The translations under genes were made by a program, and so were the position numbers. A stretch of DNA of 61,388 nt, counting the filler, from Sphacelaria rigidula (lineage: Eukaryota), in NCBI GenBank assembly GCA_964200075.2. It is 4 parts of 4 records of this genome, joined end to end, with 100 filler letters (N's around TTAATTAATTAA, not from the genome) between each part and the next. Parts side by side here need not be neighbours in the genome. Positions count along the whole stretch, not along the records: positions 46,120 to 61,388 come from CAXNAA020001831.1; 3 more parts are not named here. One strand, given 5' to 3'. Shown one piece after another: positions 58,721 to 61,388 of this stretch (position 1 is its first letter; the number at the start of each line of letters is the position of its first letter). Under the pieces are notes generated by a model that worked only from the letters and a program-made list of their open reading frames with translations, had not been told where the DNA came from and did not search any database.

Positions 58721-61388
58721 TTGGAGAATCCCACTGCAGGTTTCGTCAGGGGTCTGCTTGTGCCGTTCAATGATTAGTATGTTGTGCAACAACAGTACAT
58801 ATGGATTTTAATACTTCACAGCAGGAGATGTTCGTTGCAAGCCTGGTACGGAGGGTGTTGCTTGCGAGGCGACTTGGCAGTGCTTAACACGACGCCTGGT
58901 AAATAGCGTTCAAATCTGATATTTAGTGATGAGACGTCAATGAAATCGTGTCGTATTGGCAATTTTTTATATATATTTGTGTATTTCTGTTGAATGAGTT
59001 CCAGGCGAATGGTGTTGCATTTTTGATTATATGATGAACGTTGTTTTCCCTCATTTCTTGTACAGTACATGGTTCGCCCCACGTCCCTTGTCCACGTAAC
59101 TTGTCTTGATCATGTTCCGAAGTGCTCCCGGTGGAAATGAGGGCTGAGATTGTGCCGTAACCAGTTCCTTGTCGAATGGTGTAGAGATGTAGAGGTCGCG
59201 TTGCGTATCAGTCGTCGGGAGAATGTGTGTGTGCAATGCTGGTGATACCTTCCGTGTGTGTCTTCAACGAATACGGTAGAGGGGTAGAAGCAGAAGGTAT
59301 GTGACAATTTGTGTCTGCGCGTTGACAAGTGTTTTTATGCAGTACACTGGTGAAGGAGAGAAGGCTTGGAGAAATGGTGTGCAACGAACTGAGCGCTTTG
59401 AGGCGTGACGACTGGCTGGACATACAGCGAGTTGTGAACGTGTATATTTAGTAAAATTGCGCGAGTGAGGTTTGCAATTTTGGAGTCAACAGCAAGATGG
59501 AGAACAGCCCCTCTCCCGCCGGTTGATATCATGTTCTGCTGTTCGAGGAGGATCAAGAGTCAATTTTGCCCCTCCTGTGTTTTCCCGGTGTGATCGATGA
59601 GTGTGAATGTTTCTGGTCATGTGCGGGCGTTGCATGATTCAAGTCCACATACCGTAACGGAAAATATATGCCGATCGCAGATTAGCATGATGGTTTTGAC
59701 GCACAAAGTGATGGTAGATAGACGGGCTCCGGGTGCACGACGACTGTGAGGCGCATCGTTATGGTGAAACACGATTCACCCGCAATGTAAACACGTAGGA
59801 GTTAGACACTGATATATTTATATATATATACATATACAAATATGGCCTTGCACACTTCTTGGCAATCATTGGAAGGTCAGCATGTTTGTGGTTGTGCATA
59901 CATATTTTTGCAAGTGGGCAGGTTTTGCAGAGAAGAACTGATGGGTAGAAGAGTTACGGAATAACGAGGGCTGCAATCATGTCGCACGGCATGTTGCACG
60001 CCAAGGTACGGGAGTGAGTTGCGAGCATATGCGTGATGTGTAGGGAGACCAGCTCGTTTACGCGTACGACAGAAGGTCATGCAGTCATTCCCAAACGACC
60101 ATCTGTTTCGATATAACATGTATTTACGGAGAACTTGGCGATTTGGAACGCCCACTGCAGGTCGGGCGAAGATGAAAATATCCTCCGCCGTGTTTCCCCC
60201 ACGTCTCGATAGTAATTTGTCTGCTTCATGTCGTCTACTCGAAGAGTTGTGTTTACCTCAACTTACCTGAATATATCTCACGACAGGATACTGCGGCGCG
60301 ATGGGCGATATATCTTGACTGTTTCTCAAGCAGTGAACTGTTCCGTCGCTTGCGAATGTGCTGCTTCAAGTCCCTTGCGAATGGGCTTCTTGATCGCTTG
60401 CTTTGGGGCTAGGGTTGCTGTGCATTGGAGTCAGGGCAGAGTTTCACTTGTGAACGAACATCAAGGTGCCGCGTCTGTGCAGATTTTTGTCACCTGTGGC
60501 CCATGCCTTCCTCGTTCAATGGATGCCTGCTTCATCTGCCCATCTGATTCTCATGCACACAGCAACGGGTGGAAACGGTAGTCCACCCTGAAGCTCTCTA
60601 CGAAATCGCACATGCGATGGAAAGGATCCAGGATTCAGATATGTACCCATCTCGATCACGCAATGAAGCTGGTACAGCACGGCGTTCTCGGATCATGTCT
60701 CACCTGAAAACAGGTGACCTCGGCAGTCGCTTAACCATCGAAGTGTGTGCGTGTGGGGAGGGGGTACTCTTGATTATGCATGTCATGGTCACATGACCAT
60801 TGACCTCGTATCCCTACAAAGCCGGAACGGAGTACGCCGGGTTTTCACCGGACCAGGCTCGCAATCAATCACCAAGCGCAAAGCGCCGCGGCGTGCTCGG
60901 CGAGTTGCATGAATGGTGAGCTGCATCCTGCTACGATTGATCGGTCCGAAGTGTACAGAATATCTTCATTTTCTGGTATCGCCACTTCTAGAGACAGCCA
61001 CGGCTTATGCACTGCCTCATGGGTGTCTTACCATACAAGCACCACGTAGTACGATCATCTCCTTCGCGCGGAGTTGAGGTTCTTCCGCCCCGCACAATAT
61101 GATCTAGCTCAACTACCGTCATGGTTACCACAAAACAAAAACGCAAGCACGCAAAACAAACCGGTAACCTGGTTCCCTAGCATACGCAGTGAGTGGCGTG
61201 TTGTACACCGTCATCACCAACCGACGCCGACCCCATGGGAGGGTCTGCCCTTACAAACCCGAGACGGAGCACGCCGAGTTTTCGCCGGACCAGGCAAGGG
61301 GGTGGGGGGGGGGGGGGGGGTACTCATTTGTTGCTTGCCTTAGTCATTTGACCATTGACCACGCATCCCTTTCGAGGCGGGGCACCGT

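Overview
Intron-rich eukaryotic DNA. Gene style, repeats and the NB-ARC-TPR architecture point to a brown alga (Ectocarpus-like; inference). The window joins four contigs with artificial 100-bp linkers (N44-TTAATTAATTAA-N44 at 15276, 30650, 46020). Most ORF-track entries are noise, so I rebuilt genes by hand from splice sites. (1) A minus-strand NLR-like gene: probable MLKL/RPW8-like helical N-terminus, NB-ARC, and at least 13 phase-0, 126-nt exons, each encoding one 42-aa TPR in a ~420-bp exon+intron tandem unit. (2) A plus-strand gene with catalytically degenerate DDX20-like DEAD-box motifs in non-canonical order around a ~480-aa low-complexity linker. (3) The 5' six exons of a DDX42-like gene, cut by a gap. 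(4) A five-exon gene with YPTEE repeats, a C2-like domain and a TM helix. (5) An orphan Ser/Thr/Pro-rich exon. Non-coding DNA is rich in MITEs, including a piggyBac-like MITE array, a repeat with a telomere-like tail, and a palindromic element carrying two inverted 5S rRNA-like fragments just upstream of the NLR-like gene.
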